This document shows positions 1-16,690 of a stretch of DNA of 64,000 nt, piece by piece (positions within the stretch are counted from its first letter, which is position 1; the number at the start of each line of letters is the position of its first letter). The DNA comes from the human T2T-CHM13v2.0 reference genome, Homo sapiens, in assembly GCF_009914755.1 (NCBI RefSeq), contig NC_060932.1. One strand, written 5' to 3'. The notes below the pieces were generated by a model that searched no databases, was not told where the DNA came from, and worked only from the letters and a program-made list of their open reading frames with translations. A program made the position numbers and the translations under genes.

Positions 1-190
1 GTAGCGTATGTACTTTCCTCGTTTTTGTGATCAAATAATATTCCACCATGTGGGTAGACAACAATAGGTGTCTCTCTTCATCTGGTGATGGGCATTTGGA
101 TTAATCCCCTCTTTGTGTTATTAGGAGTGATGCTACTGTAATTATTCATGTACAAATTTTTGTGTGGACCTGTGCTTTCATTTTTGAATA
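1..190 (-). mobile_element. Old L1 (L1M-type) 3'-region fragment, antisense
   Basis: Antisense L1 3' motifs 'aataatattccaccatgtgggta', 'tggtgatgggcatttgg' and 'tgctactgtaattattcatgtacaaattttttgtgtgga'. Confidence 0.6.
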
Positions 191-199
191 TGAAAATAT

Positions 200-815
<616 letters not shown>

Positions 816-1428
816 CCCAACTTGGGCTCTTTTAATCTATGGAAAATGAGCTGTGGGTACTTGGCAAGAACAAAGAGGGAGAGAGGCAGAAATGGAGCCA
901 CGAGGGCACATTGATTGGTCTCTAGTACACAGGGCTCCTACTGCAAATGGTCTCTAAATGACTTCAACCGTTGCTTATAAAAAAAAATCACCCTCTGCTC
1001 CAATCGTGGAGGAAGAAGTATGGATTGGACCTGGTGAGTCACGGTAAGACTGACTGCTAAACTTCATGAATGATGAGGGGATTTGCACGTATAATCTTGA
1101 CTGTACTAGATTTTTTATTTTATCCACTGTCTTTGAAAACCTAACTCTTGACTAAGAACTAACTTTCCTGTACTTGTTGTTGACTCTAAGTAAACTTCCA
1201 TTTCCACATAGTCCAAAGATGATGTGCTGAGAAATCTCTCAAAAGAAAAATGCTAAGAATACAGGCAGAGTGCGGCAGGTTTTGCAGAATTAACACAAAT
1301 TGTACCTGTAGGTACGAAGCACAAAACATTTTCATGGGTAAAGAAAAAAGTGTTCTTCATTCTAGTAGACACTGCAGGATGAGGCCGATCAAGGTCCTTG
1401 CCCAGCCAGACCTTGGGCTCTTACCTAA

Positions 1429-1830
<402 letters not shown>

Positions 1831-1967
1831 TAAATAGGAGACAGATAGAAAGTGGGAACTCTGGAAGTAGAGAAGATTCCAGAAATTGTGCATATTTCCC
1901 AGAGACTGTGGCCAAATTCCTCAGTCCTGCCAGAGTTTCTCTATCTCATCTCAAACCTTATGTGTGG

Positions 1968-2262
<295 letters not shown>

Positions 2263-2703
2263 ACCCCTTAAGTGTGGGCCTTGTTACAGAATTAATGTTT
2301 ATATGGACAATATGTACATGGGTGTATGTTAAGAGCATGAGTCATCCACAAGATTTTAGCAAAGTCCATTTAGAAAGCTCAATGCTTTGGGCTTCCACTT
2401 GCTTTGCTGCCTCTGTCCTCAGAAGGAGGCTTCATCCTTCCATGTAACCAGCAAATTCTTTATGCAGAGATGTACACAACACACTCCTCTCCTTGGCTAT
2501 GACACCTTGAAAGGGTCCTCTTGGTGTCCCCTGGTGCTCATTTCAGAGTAGTTCAAATTAAGGTGATCAGCTTTCATGCCAATCACTCTACAAATCACTC
2601 CTGTTATGACCAATTTTTCTAAATGGTTTATTGAATTTTTACTTAAAGAAATGTGCACATAGAAGAGGTCAACACAGTAATTTTCTTACAAACTGAACAT
2701 ACT

Positions 2704-2996
2704 GGCCAGATGCAGTGGCTCTTGCCTCTCATCCCAGCACTCTGGGAGGCCGAGGTGAGCAGATTGCTTGAGCCCAGGAGCTCAAGACCAGCCTGGGCAA
2801 CATAGTGATACACCCCTCTCTACAAAAAATAAATAAATACAAAAATTCGGCAACAGTGATGGCACATGCCTGTAGTTCCAGCTACTCAGGAGGGCTGAGG
2901 TGGGAGGAAGGCTTGAGCCCAGGAGGCAGAGGCTGCAGTGGGCCATGACGGTGCCACTGTGCTCCAGCCTCGGTGACAGAGCAAGATCCTGCCTCA

Positions 2997-3029
<33 letters not shown>

Positions 3030-3030
3030 A
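2704..3030 (+). mobile_element. Alu (AluJ-like) with (CAA)n tail
   Basis: J-type features ('ttgagcccaggag', 'gggaggaaggcttgagccc'); tail converted to (CAA)n; flanking repeat ACAAACTGAACAT on both sides. Confidence 0.9.
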
Positions 3031-3177
3031 CTGAACATCTCCATATTACTGACACCCAATTCAAGAAACAAAATATTCCAGCCCCTTCCAGGATATTCCT
3101 GGGGTCTCTTCCATCTCTACTAACCCCTGACTACAAACAGCCTCCACCTATTTCACCTGACATTGTACTTTATGAAA

Positions 3178-3390
3178 GCAGCAGTTCTCAGATGGGGCTA
3201 TTTTGTCCCCTGGGGACATTAGGCAATATCTGGAGACACTGGGGGTTGTCTCTACTTGGGGGGAGTTGTGTTACTGCATCCAGTGAGTCCAGGGATCCAG
3301 GGATGCCGCTCAACATCCTGAAATGCACAGGGAACCCCCACACATAGAACAGAGAAACTGCTGAGCCAAAATGTCAGCAGTGTCACAGCT
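3178..3390 (+). mobile_element. MER20-like hAT DNA transposon relic
   Basis: 'cagcagttctca...ggggacattaggcaatatctggagaca...ctgcatccagtgagt...ggatgccgctcaacatcct...ccaaaatgtcagcagtg' matches the recalled MER20 consensus. Confidence 0.7.
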
Positions 3391-4567
3391 AACACCCTGA
3401 CATACACACTATCGCACAGTATCTGCTCTTTTGTGCTCAGGATCTCTTTCATTCTAATCATCTCATAGGAAACAGAAATGTCATTTAGAGGTAGGTAGAG
3501 TCCAAAACAAAGAAGATCCAGAGTTTTTTGTTTTTTTTTTTTTTAATCAGCCTGGTGCCTTTAGAGCTAGGATTTAGTTTCCATTCTTTCTATCTCATTT
3601 TCAAGTGATTTTTCTTCAAATGGCATCTGCTGGGCTCAAGACCTGGAAGTCCCCAGAAAGCTGAGATTCACATGGGAATTTTGTACACACCCACACAGGT
3701 ATACACTGCCATTTGCATGCAGACATCCACCCACAGATACACACATCCGGAGACCAAGGCAGAACGCAAACTCCACCATAAAAGCACGGTTTCCCGAACT
3801 GGAGAAACCCACCATTCACTCCAGGGAGGTATCTATTTGTTTAATTCAGCCTCTGATAGTCAGGCTGTTGCCAAGCCCAGTTCTGAAACTCTTCCCTTCT
3901 AGGAAAGAGAGATGGATTTTTTTCTTTACTCAAGAATATAGATCTAAAAAAAACAAACACTTCTGCATCTCAAAGCAGTCTCTACCTCCTGAGCTACAAA
4001 TATTGATCAGCATTTTATTGTCAATTTTCTTTTATTTGAATTGGAGAAAAATATAACCTAATTATGTTCTTACTGACAGTTTGGAATCAGTTACACTAAA
4101 TCCAATTCTCTGGGTTCTCATGATTAATGTGTTTAATTTGGGGGACAACAAAGCAAAAGCATTGGTCGTGTTTTAATATAATTAATACAGGATATATCTA
4201 AGGGGTTGAAGTATCACTGTAGCAAGAAGCTCATTCTGCAGTAAAAGGCAGGTTCTGCCACTAGGATTGAGTTAGGGTGGTTCATGGCTGCACCGTTTTA
4301 TCAATGTCTCTTCAAGAGTCCATGGAATGTGGAATGGGAAAGACTGAAATAGTCCAAGTCTTGGCTAAGCTTCTATTAAGGGGTGTTAGGAGCTGATAAA
4401 ATAAGCTGGCTTTATAGACATCCCACACTGTAGTTCTCTAAGCTACAGATTCTCAGATTTTTCTATTTTATAAACCAGTAAAAAATTTTTTTTAATTTGA
4501 GAACAAACATAAGGTTGCTATTTTTTTTTTCTTTTTGGTAAGAAGGAAATTTTTTAAACTACTAGTT

Positions 4568-4593
4568 ACACACACACACACACACACACACAC
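4568..4593. repeat. (CA)n microsatellite
   Basis: Direct reading of about 13 AC units. Confidence 0.95.
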
Positions 4594-6265
4594 GGAAATT
4601 CCACCATGATTGGTCAGAATAGGTGAGGTTTTGCTGCAACAACAAACAACTCCTAAATCTTGGTAACTTCAAACATCAGAAGTTGTTTTTCTTACTCATG
4701 CTACATCTGCAGGGAGGTGTGGGGTGCTCTGTTTCCCATCAAACTTTCCCTAAGAGTAAGGCTAATGGGGGTTGCAATACCTCGAGTATCACCAAGCAGG
4801 GAACAGAGGGAGAAGAATGCTAGAGAGTCTTGTACTAAGAATTAAATGCTCCAGGCTAGAAGTCTAACACTGCACCTCTGCCCCCAGCCTCTTGGCCAGT
4901 ACTAGCCACATCTCCTCCCCCACCACACTGCAATGCATGGAGACAGGAGAATTGGATACATTATAAATTTCTACCCCATGGCATTTCATAAAAGAGAAAA
5001 AAATGCAAATACAAAAATGTTTTAATAGAATAGAATATATACATTTTTAGAATAAAGAAAAATCCTCCAAAAAGGACAGCTGGTGGTCTTTCACCAATGG
5101 GCACATTTCTGTGACATTTTCTCTGTTTTTCCATTTTATCCTTGACCTATGAACATTTTATACAGATGGTCCAAAGAACACCATTTGGGGACCACTGCTG
5201 TAATCAGGTGATGAAAACGGCCCCAAGAACAGAGCACAGTCTCTTTAGCAAAGACCCAGCAGGGCCAGGGTGACCACTTTCTCACCATCAATGTGCAGAC
5301 ATCCACCTGCAGCATACTTACATACCAACATCAAACAGTAGCTCTTTATAGCTTGATTCTAATGCCCTTTGATCTTCATACTCATTGTAAAGCTCTCTGG
5401 TCCCAAGATCTAACATTGCCACTCTAGCTACGTCCTGCAACTGTTCACCTCTCCTGCCTCCTCATCCCTCTAAACTTCCCTTCACAACCTCATGTTTCCT
5501 TCTTGCTATACATTCCTGCTCAGCCTGGACTTAACATTCACCTTCCTCTTGTACGGTGCTCCTAAACTCGTTCTTCCCTGCCTTTAACCACACCCACCTG
5601 TAAAATCTCCATACCCCATTGATGACTTGCCTCGCAACTGCCCAAGGGCTGCTGAATGATACTGGAAAGAATCACAACAGGGATCTGGTAGTTCCACTAA
5701 ATAATCTCACCATCCAACTCTAGGAAAGACTTCACTTCTGTTCAGCAATATTTTTAAACATCATAAATAAATTCCAAACCATATTTGCTATAACTATTGA
5801 CTTTAAGCCTCTTCCATATCTCAAAGCCCCCTAACCCATCCCTAGGGGTGAAAAGAGCCCAGAGTTGAGTTCTCTCAACTCACTTCCATCTCACCCCTAG
5901 ATCACTGTATCTTGACCCTCTTCCTCTGCCTTTCCCATCTTATAAGGAGAAACATCCTTCTCCTTTCCCAAGCTACCTTCTCCACTTGTGCCTCATTTGA
6001 GACCTGCCTTTATCACCCGTTCCCTTGGAACTCCCATGACTCACCACCTTCACTTGTCATTTCACTCATAAATATTTTGCACCATGTATGTGCCAGGCGA
6101 TTAACATATAATCATGCTTAAGTCTCCACATGCTAATAAGAAAAACCTTGATTATCCCTGCTATGCCCTCAAGTCATTACCCTCCCCGCTCCTTTCCTGT
6201 GTTCCCAAACTTTGTTGATCTTCATCAATCCCTCTGATGCAGATGGCTCCGAAGTTTGCATCCTA

Positions 6266-6345
6266 TTAGGTTGGTGCAAAAGTAATTGCGGATTTTGCCA
6301 TTAAAAGTAATGGCAAAAATAGCAATTATTTTTGTACCAGCCTAG
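6266..6345. mobile_element. MADE1 (Hsmar1-derived mariner MITE)
   Basis: 80-bp near-palindrome TTAGGTTGGTGCAAAAGTAATTGCGG...GCAATTATTTTTGTACCAGCCTAG flanked by TA on both sides. Confidence 0.92.
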
Positions 6346-6924
6346 TATCTTTTCTCCTTCCACCAAACTTTGTCCCTGAGACATCTCATCACCTATAACT
6401 ACCTCCTCCATGCAGTTGATTCCCAGATCTGTATTATTCTACTGAAAGTCCATTCCCCAACTTTCTCAGCTAAAATAACAGAAGCCCAATTAGAATTCAT
6501 GATAACAGTTTCCCACCACCACCCCCACCACCACCGTCGCCCTGCCATTGTTAGCAAAACCATCTCTTGAGTGGAGCTCAAAGATGTGTAATCTCCCACT
6601 CCCCAGAAAGATAACTTCAGACTCAGCCTAGAAGTAAAGATCCTCCAGATATGGCCTCAACTACCCTCCAACCCATGTCCCCAGTGCATCCCTTTGGTGC
6701 TCCCTTCGGTGGAGTTAAAATGGAGTGAGTGTTTTTCTTTTCACATACTCCTGGTGTTCTTCCACAAATACAATTTTCACCTCTCGAATATTTTCAAGGA
6801 TTCTCCATGCTACACACAGTGACATCCAAACTCCCCATCAGGACCCCCGTCTTCCCAAACCTTCTTTGCAGTTTTCTGCCTCCATGTTTTTCCTTGGGTC
6901 ATCCTCTTCTCTAATGTAACCTTG

Positions 6925-7380
6925 TGTATTACTCTAAGTTCTCCAGAGAAAGAGCAGAGAGATAGAGGTAGAGCTATACACATAGAGACAGATTGATTTG
7001 TTGTAAGGGATGGCTCACATGGTTATGGAGGCTAAGGAGTCCTGGAGTCTGCAGCCAGCAAGCTGGGGACCCAAGACAGCTAATGATATAGTTCCAACTC
7101 GAGTCCACATCTAAAGTCAGGAGAAGATTGATGTCCCAGCTCAAATATAATCAGGTAAAAAGAGCAAATTCTCTGTGACTCTACCTTTTTGTTTTGTTCA
7201 GGCCTTCAGTGGATTGGATGAGGCTCACCCATATTGGGGAGGACAATCTGCTTTATTCAGTCTACCAATTAAATGTTATCCTCATCCAGAATACCTCAGA
7301 GACACACCCAGAATAACGTGTAGCCAAATATCTGGGCACCCCACAACCCAGTCAAATTGATACATAACACTAACCATCAT
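6925..7380. mobile_element. Old ERVL/MaLR-class solo LTR (MLT-type)
   Basis: 'ttctccagagaaa...ggctcacatggttatggaggctaaggagtcc...gcaagctgg...ggattggatgaggctcacccatattggg...ctttattcagtctacc...aaccatca'. Confidence 0.7.
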
Positions 7381-7750
7381 GCCTTGCTTCTACTCTCTCG
7401 CCATTACTGCATGGCCAAATCCTTCCCTTATTTCAAGGCTTAGTTCAAATGTTACCTCTTAACTAAGCCTTCTCTGCTAACCCCAAATATTAATAGAATT
7501 GGTTTCTCCCTTCTCAGATATCTCAAAATATGTTGTGAGTTTCTCTTTCACTGTATTTATTACAAACTCCCTTATAAATGAAGACAGTGATTCCCAGACA
7601 AATTATCACAAGAATATAAAAGAAGTCTTCTTTGAGTGTGAAATATCTCATGGAATATAGCACATGGCCTCTTCATGAAGAAACTACTGGGAGAGAAAAA
7701 GACAAGCTGGAAGAGGCCAGGGAGAGGGGGTCAGTACAAAACACAATGAG

Positions 7751-8145
<395 letters not shown>

Positions 8146-8565
8146 CTAAATTATTGCCCAATCAAAATAGGCAATAAACACCATCACAAGTTCAAGAACT
8201 TAAAGAATACAGTATTTCTGAGCTCTTTAAAGAAAAGTCTTCATAATAAAATTTAGTCAGCCAAGAAATTAAAAAATAAGCAACTTGTGAATTGAATGAC
8301 CATGACAAAAGGCTAGTGATGAGAGGTGAATCCATTTAAAAATAGGACTATGATTGCAGAACAGAAAGGAAAGGTGGCCAACCTTAACAACATAAAACAA
8401 CCTAGAAATCACTAGTTTCCAGAGGTAAAGGGAGGGACTGTAGGAAGTAGAAGTGCTAATGCCCTTTATTTAGTCAATTAATCAGGTCTAAAATTGAAAC
8501 GTGGTTTTAAATACATAACTTCTTGTTTATTTTCCTCCCTAACTACCTGAGGATCAACCACCATG

Positions 8566-8745
8566 ATGAATGACACAGCAACTATCTGGACCAGGAAGTT
8601 CATGATCAATCGACCGCTCCAGAGGAAACAAATGGTCACCAATGTCCTTCATCCCGGAAAGGCAACAAAATGTACAAGACCACAATGGATGTCATCTTCA
8701 TATTAATAGTTGGACTCAGAACCCATTTTGGTGGTGGTTAAACAA
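8566..8745 (+). pseudogene. RPS24: RPS24 processed pseudogene fragment (5' part, internal deletion)
   Basis: Translates [34 protein letters not shown] / [10 protein letters not shown]...GLRTHFGGG* versus recalled RPS24 [68 protein letters not shown]; intronless, frameshifted, premature TAA. Confidence 0.9.
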
Positions 8746-8758
8746 TCTTCATCCACAT

Positions 8759-9010
8759 TGGAGTGCAGTGGTACGATCTCAGCTTACCAAATCTCTGCCT
8801 TCCAGGCTTAAGCAATTCTCCTGCCTCAGCCTCCCATGTAGCTGGGATTACAGGCAAGAACCACTACTGCCTGGCTAATTTTTATATTTTTAGTAGAGAT
8901 GGGGTTTCACCTTGTTGGCCAGGCTGGTCTTGAACTCCTGACCTCAAATGATCCACCCGCCTTGGCCTCCCAAAGTGCTAAGATTACAGGCATGAGCCAC
9001 CGCGCCCAGC
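8759..9010 (-). mobile_element. Alu lacking its tail, abutting the RPS24 pseudogene
   Basis: Antisense Alu starting at 'tggagtgcagtgg' with no poly(T) tract. Confidence 0.88.
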
Positions 9011-9550
9011 CTTTTCTGTATTAAATTTTTAAAAACACAACATTTAAAATAATCAAGTCATTCTTTTTTAATCTACTTTGTATTATAGGTATCCAAATAC
9101 TCACCTATTCTCTCTCACATGATGACAAAGTCGTTGAAATGTCATGTCATTTTGTGGCTCCAGCCCCAGGGATTCTGACTCTGATTCTAAAGGGTATGCA
9201 TGCAGAGCGAGCAAGCCGCCTGGATGATTCTCTTACACGTGTTTTAAGGGCAGCAGTTTGAGGCACCCTGATGCAAAAGAACGAACCCTCAAGGAAGTTG
9301 GCTGTACATGTATTTTCCTTCCTAGCACAGGAAACGACAGAAAGATTATCCAATCAGTACCACTCATAGCACCTGATTATATGTGTATGAGGAATTCAGA
9401 AATGGTTTGATCAAGGTTCAAGACCTAAAAAGAAGCTTTTCTCTCGGACACCAAATCCCCATCTCATGCATGGCTGGGTTAGTAGAAACTGAGGATGATG
9501 CTTCTTCCTCCAGCATTGGTATCCTATGGTTTTTGTTGTTCAGTAAATGA

Positions 9551-9935
<385 letters not shown>

Positions 9936-10842
9936 CCCTCACTTACACTTTTACAGAAGATCTGATCATACCCACTCCGCAGAAGTCAGAATGGCCCCCA
10001 CGTGGTGTTAAACGGGAGTGAAAACTTGAGTTCAATCAACTGAGGGTGACACAGAAACATTTCCCCCAAAACGCTTTTGGCAGCTCTGCTGATCCATAAC
10101 CTGGCTCCATTTCAGGACAAGACCTCCACTTAAGCTGCACTGGCTTCCACTAGAGTAAATCACATTAACTCATGGCAAACACAACTGAAGGGCAAAAAGA
10201 TTCTTTTTAAAATGATTTTTGTCTCTCACTTAACAACACACGCTGGTCTCCCTAGAGCCTGACTCCATTCAGCACCTGTTCCACTGAGCACCCACTGAAA
10301 GCTCAGATCATGAGTTGAGATGACCCAGACATCAAGGAGTTTACAATCCAGGGGAAGAACAGACCTGAATACAAGTGATGACAATACAAGACAGAGTCAA
10401 AGAGCCCAACTTGAAGTATCAGCAGAATAGCACCAAAGACTAGTTCCCAACCCAGCTCCCAGCGCCAGAGCCAGAGCCAGGCTGGCTGCATGAGATCAGC
10501 TGGGAGCTTTTGCAAACCTAGGTCCTAGCTGAGACCCTAATCATCAGACTGGCAGTCACTGGGAGTGAGCTCCAGGAACTGGTGTATTTAATAAGCACCC
10601 ACACACACATGATTCTGATGTTCCTAAGGGTTGTAGAAACATGGAACTATAGAAAACACTAAAAAAAAAAAAAAGGCACTAAAAGAAACCTATAAATATT
10701 CACTACCATTCCAGGCATCATGAGGACACTCCACGTGCACTATTTACAATACTTTCAATAACTTGCAAGGGAAGCATTCATTCATGTCGATGGGTTTTAT
10801 CGGGATCAGAGCCAGCCCTGGGATTGTTTGAACCTGCGCTGA

Positions 10843-11285
<443 letters not shown>

Positions 11286-11683
11286 TAACATGGAATCTCT
11301 GTCATTAAATCTTGAGATCTTATTATCTTTGCTCAAAGAAAAAAATAATCACAATTGACATTTTGAGGACAAGACATCTGAATGTAAACTTGATCTTAGA
11401 GGATATTAAGGAATTACTGGTAATTTGATTAGGTATGACAATGATCATATAAAAAATGCCCTCATGTTTTTAGAGGGAAAGTAAATTACATAGGGGTGAA
11501 TATCAGGATGTAATTACATAACTACTGTAAACTATTTTTTAAATACTTCAGAAAAACAAATGGAGCAAACATTGCAAATGTTAATAGTTTTTAAACCTAT
11601 GTGATGGGTATATGATAGCTCATTAAACTAGTCTCTCTACTTTTATGTATATTGAAAATTTTTCATAATGAATAAAAAACCTT

Positions 11684-11980
11684 GGCCAGGCACAGCAGCT
11701 CATGCCTGTAATCTCAGTACTTTGGGAGGCCGAGGTGGATGGAGGACTGCTTGAGCCCAGGAGTTTGAGACCAGCCTAGGCAACATGGTGAATCCTCATC
11801 TCTACAAAAAATAGACAAATTAGTCAGGCATGGTGGTGTGCACCTGCAGTCCCAGCTACTCAGGAGGCTGAGGAGGGAGGATCACCTGAGCCCAGAAGGT
11901 CAAGGCTGCAGTGAGCAAGGTCATGACACTGCACTCCAGCCTGGGAGACAGACCCTGTCTCAAACAAACAAGCAAACCAA
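11684..11980 (+). mobile_element. Alu (AluJ-like)
   Basis: 'gggaggatcacctgagcccagaaggtcaaggctgcagtgagc'; CAAA-type tail. Confidence 0.9.
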
Positions 11981-12892
11981 AACCCTCTTGATCCCATTTC
12001 CCAAAAAAATGATTTTTTTGAGACCTTACCATCTCCTGGCTTGGTGCAGAGTACAGGAAATCAAGACAACGTACAGCACACAAGGAATAGGGAGGGAGGG
12101 AAGCATGGGGGAGGCTGACACCGTGGACTCTCCCAGCTCAGTCGACCCATGCGCCTTGTTTCATGGAAGAAAGGAATGGAAGATGAATCATGCCTTCAGC
12201 ACACAGTGATCTTCCTCACTAGTAAATGTGTCTCCAGAAGTGTCCAAGAACTCAGTGCCAGAGCCAGGCTGGCTGCATGAGAATCACCTGCGAGCTTTTG
12301 CAAACATAGGCCCCTACTGGGCCCAAATGTATTCGTCTCTGAGAGGAGGAGAGAGGCAGAACAAGGAAAAGGATGGGAAGAAACCAGCCTTGTGCACAGG
12401 AGGATGCTGGGATTCCTCCTGCACATTTAGCGCAATGCAGCCTATTTTACAAGGTCACAGAAGCTCAGAGAGGTAAACCTGCCCAGGTTCTCATAGCTTT
12501 TAACTGGCAAAACCCACCCAAATCTCTGTCTCTAGAGATGTTTCCACTTGCTTCAACTCTGGAGCTGTCTTAGTTGTAAAGACGACAGATTCCACTCATC
12601 ACTCGCTTTTGTTTGCAGATATTGCCTAAGGTCCCTTGTGAATATTTAGGTCAGGGCTGTTTTTTTGAGTATTTTGTTTGTTTGTTTGTTTCTTGTTTTT
12701 TTTACAAAGCAATCTTGTGGAAAGAACCCAAAGTGGCTCCCCCATTTAAGACCCTGTAAACAGAGAGACGAGAGTCTGGATTCCTGATCTGGTTTCCACA
12801 CCTTCCTTAGATTTCCCTGTGTGTAAAATCCAACAACAATTTTTGACAAATTGCCTCCCCTAGGGGAGAGATGGAGGAAGTGTTAACTTTGC

Positions 12893-13261
<369 letters not shown>

Positions 13262-13809
13262 TAGGAAACATCACAGGCAAAGAAGAACACTTTGCATTCA
13301 AATAGCAGAATGTTTTCATTTTCAAAGAGCTCTTACCTGCCATCTAATCTTGTCTTCCTAGCAGTCCTGGGAGAGAAGCAGATGTGGTTTCCAATCCCAC
13401 TTTCCAGAAGAGGAGACTGAGGCAGAGGACATGTGAGGACAGGTGAAGGTCATGATCATTGTCAGCCCCCTGCCCCAGCTGGACATTCCCAGATCTGGTG
13501 GACTTCCAGCCAGAGGAGACAGAAGGACTGGATCACTCAACTCTGCCATGGGTGCCAGGACCCAATTTTTCCCTGGCTAACTCGGTCACCTCCTGTCTGG
13601 GATCTCCAACTACTACCCATCCCACAAGTCTCAGCTAAAACAGCAATTCAACGGGGAACTTTTTTCTGAGGCTCCAAGATTGGGCCATGCCCTCTCCATG
13701 GCTCTCTGCCCTTCCCCTACTGCAGAACGTAGCACCTGTATGTCACTACTGGTTCAAACATGTGTCTTTCGTATGCTCTCCACGTTATCTGCAGCATCTG
13801 CCAAGAATA

Positions 13810-14035
13810 ATAATGAATGGTAAAACCTAATCTCTATTGAGTGTCGATGATGCACTTTTAATGTGACATCTTATTTAATCCTCACTATATCTGCAAGAGT
13901 AGAAGCTATTAATAGCCAATTTTCAGATAAGAAAATCAAAGCACGGTTTCTATAACTTACCCAAGCAGCTAGCTAGGAGGCTGCTCAATTTGAGCCCAGG
14001 GAATCAGATTCCAGAAACCATGTTCTCAATTACTA
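13810..14035. mobile_element. MIR relic
   Basis: 'tattgagtg...cttatttaatcctcac...ccaattttcagataagaaaatcaaagcac...taacttacccaag...tttgagcccagg'. Confidence 0.7.
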
Positions 14036-14107
14036 GAACAGATACCTCCCCAGAATCTAGTAGGTGGTTAATGAGTCTTTGTGGAATAAATGAACAGAAG
14101 GACAAGC

Positions 14108-14545
14108 AGTGGATGGATACGTAGGTGGGTAGGTGGATAGATGGGTGGATGGAAAGATGGGTGGGTGGGCAGATGGATGAATGAATGGATGGTTGACTCG
14201 GTGAAGGGATGGCTGAGTGGGTGGAGAAATGGATGAGTGGGTGAGGGGGTGGAGGGATAGATAAATGGATGGACCGGTGGGTGGATAGATGGGTAGATGA
14301 GTGAATAGGTGGATAGAGGCATGGGTGAGTGGATGGATAGATGGGTTGGTGGGTGGGTAGGTGGATGATAGCTGGGTGCATAAGAGAGTGGGTTGGATGG
14401 ATAGATGGGTGGGTGGGTGGATAGATAGGTAGGTGGGTGGATGGATGTATGCGTGTCTGGATGGATGGATGGATGGATGGATGGATGGATGGATGCATGG
14501 ATGGATGCATGGATGGATGGAATGGTGGATGGATGGATGGACAGA
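14108..14545. repeat. (GGAT/GGGT)n degenerate tetranucleotide array
   Basis: Direct reading; the purest (GGAT)n stretch is at about 14459-14540. Confidence 0.95.
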
Positions 14546-16388
14546 TGAACAAATGGACTTGAGCATTTATTCAGGGTCCTCCAAAGAATTGAGTGATTTC
14601 CTAGGGTGTGTCATCACCTGCAGGTAGGTGGGCAAGGCGGCTTACCTCTGTAATACTCATGATTATGGGTAGTGCTCAGCCTTAGTCGCCACTCTCAGAA
14701 CACTTTATTGACTAGGAAAGTCAGAACTGGCACTGACAACTAATGCAAATTACAGCTATAACTAACAGAAGATGTTGAGTGATGACAGCTGGGCAACCAA
14801 TAATCAATAACTTGGCTGTGCCATGTTGCTGCCATGCTGGACAGGTAGAGCCACGGGTTCCTTGATCCCTCCATCATATTGAGGATGCTTATCAAGACTT
14901 CCCCAACCATGGGGACAGGGATCTTATCAAATGCTTGCAGTTCACCCCAAAAGGCTCACCCTCTTCGTTCCACCTGCACATGACCTTCAGCTCAAAGACA
15001 TTTCCAGTCCTCCAGGTCAGCCCTTCTTCCAGCCTTTGAATTAACCCTGATGACTGCCTGCCCATTACGTGTCTTCACCATTCATCACACAGCCTTTTCC
15101 AAGGCTTTCCTTCAGTCCAGCCCTCACTAAACGCTGGAACTGTTGTTGACAAAATCCAGAACAAGCTGTCTGGGGGATAAAGGTGGGAAGCAGGCTGTAG
15201 TAATGGGGAAAAATTCTAAGCAATCTCGAACACAGAAAAGAACCTGAACAGATAAGAGAGAGGCAGTCAAGAGAAGAAGTGTTAATTTTGCATAACTGAA
15301 GCTGAGGAAGATCGGGGGGCATGGCAGACCACAAGATAAATATGATATAGACTCCTTTTTAAAAAAGTATAAACACCCACCCTTTCCTACTGAGAACTGT
15401 GCTTCAAATATTGCTAAGGTCTTTACTAAAGGCGAGTCAGAAACACGGGGTATTTTATGCAATACAGTAAGAAGGCCCATAGGCAAGCATGTTCCTGACA
15501 CCACCTTCTAGGATAACCCCTGGGATTCTGGTTACACCTGTCCTAAAGTTGTCTCTCACTCCTGCTGTTGGAGGACTACCATGAGAGAAGAACCACAGTG
15601 AAGTGGTTAAGAGTGTGCACCCAGCGACCAGCCAGATGGCTTCTAACCATCACTATCTAATACTGAGCAAGTTACATAATGTCCCTGAGCCTCAACTTTC
15701 TCATCTGTAAAATGGGTATGCCGTCATTCATTAATCAAATTCTAGGTAAGCATATACTAAACATCAGAGACACAAATGAGAATCAGGAACAGGCATGGCC
15801 CTGGCCGTCATGGTGACCACAGTCTTGAAGGGGAAGGATGACACGCACAGAAATAGGAAGCCATAGCTGAGCTCATGACATCTGGTGTCATGAAAGTAGT
15901 TAACAGGGGGTTGCTGTGACTGAGTCAGTGTGGCCAGGTGTCCCTGAGGATGTAGTGACTCCACTGTCAGATGAGACCATGATCAGGTGAACAGGTAGGG
16001 AGAGGGAAAATCGTTCCAGGCAGAAAAAGCAGGATGTGCAAAGGCCCCGTCGCAGGAAAAGAGCAAAGGAAGTGCAAGAGCCTGAAAGAGGCCAGAAAGA
16101 ACAAGTGAACATGTGGATAATCACAGCACCCACCTCAAACAGGACTTGCAAGAAACTGAGACACTGTCTGTAACAGATTCAGCAATGACTAAATAGAAAC
16201 TATCTCCTAAAAGCACAGGATGAAGCTCCTTGGTGGTATTTCCCATGTGAGGCTGCCATGGACTCAGAGGCCAAGTTCAACCTGCCTGTAGACAACCTCC
16301 AAGCCATACAGCCTCAGGCTCAGGATACCCAGGACAGAGTCCTGGATGCTTGAAGTCACGATAAGTATCCAGAATGACACAGAATTCC

Positions 16389-16690
<302 letters not shown>

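Noticed and set aside
855-910. Resemblance to the RPS3A 5' coding sequence (TTGGCAAGAACAA...GGAGCCA)
   Set aside because: The match is short and gapped and does not continue; likely chance.
2882-3347. Poly-Gln and poly-Cys ORFs
   Set aside because: They come from the (CAA)n tail of an Alu.
14004-14627. His/Pro/Ser-rich ORFs (HPSI repeats, up to 182 aa)
   Set aside because: Translation artefacts of the (GGAT)n array.
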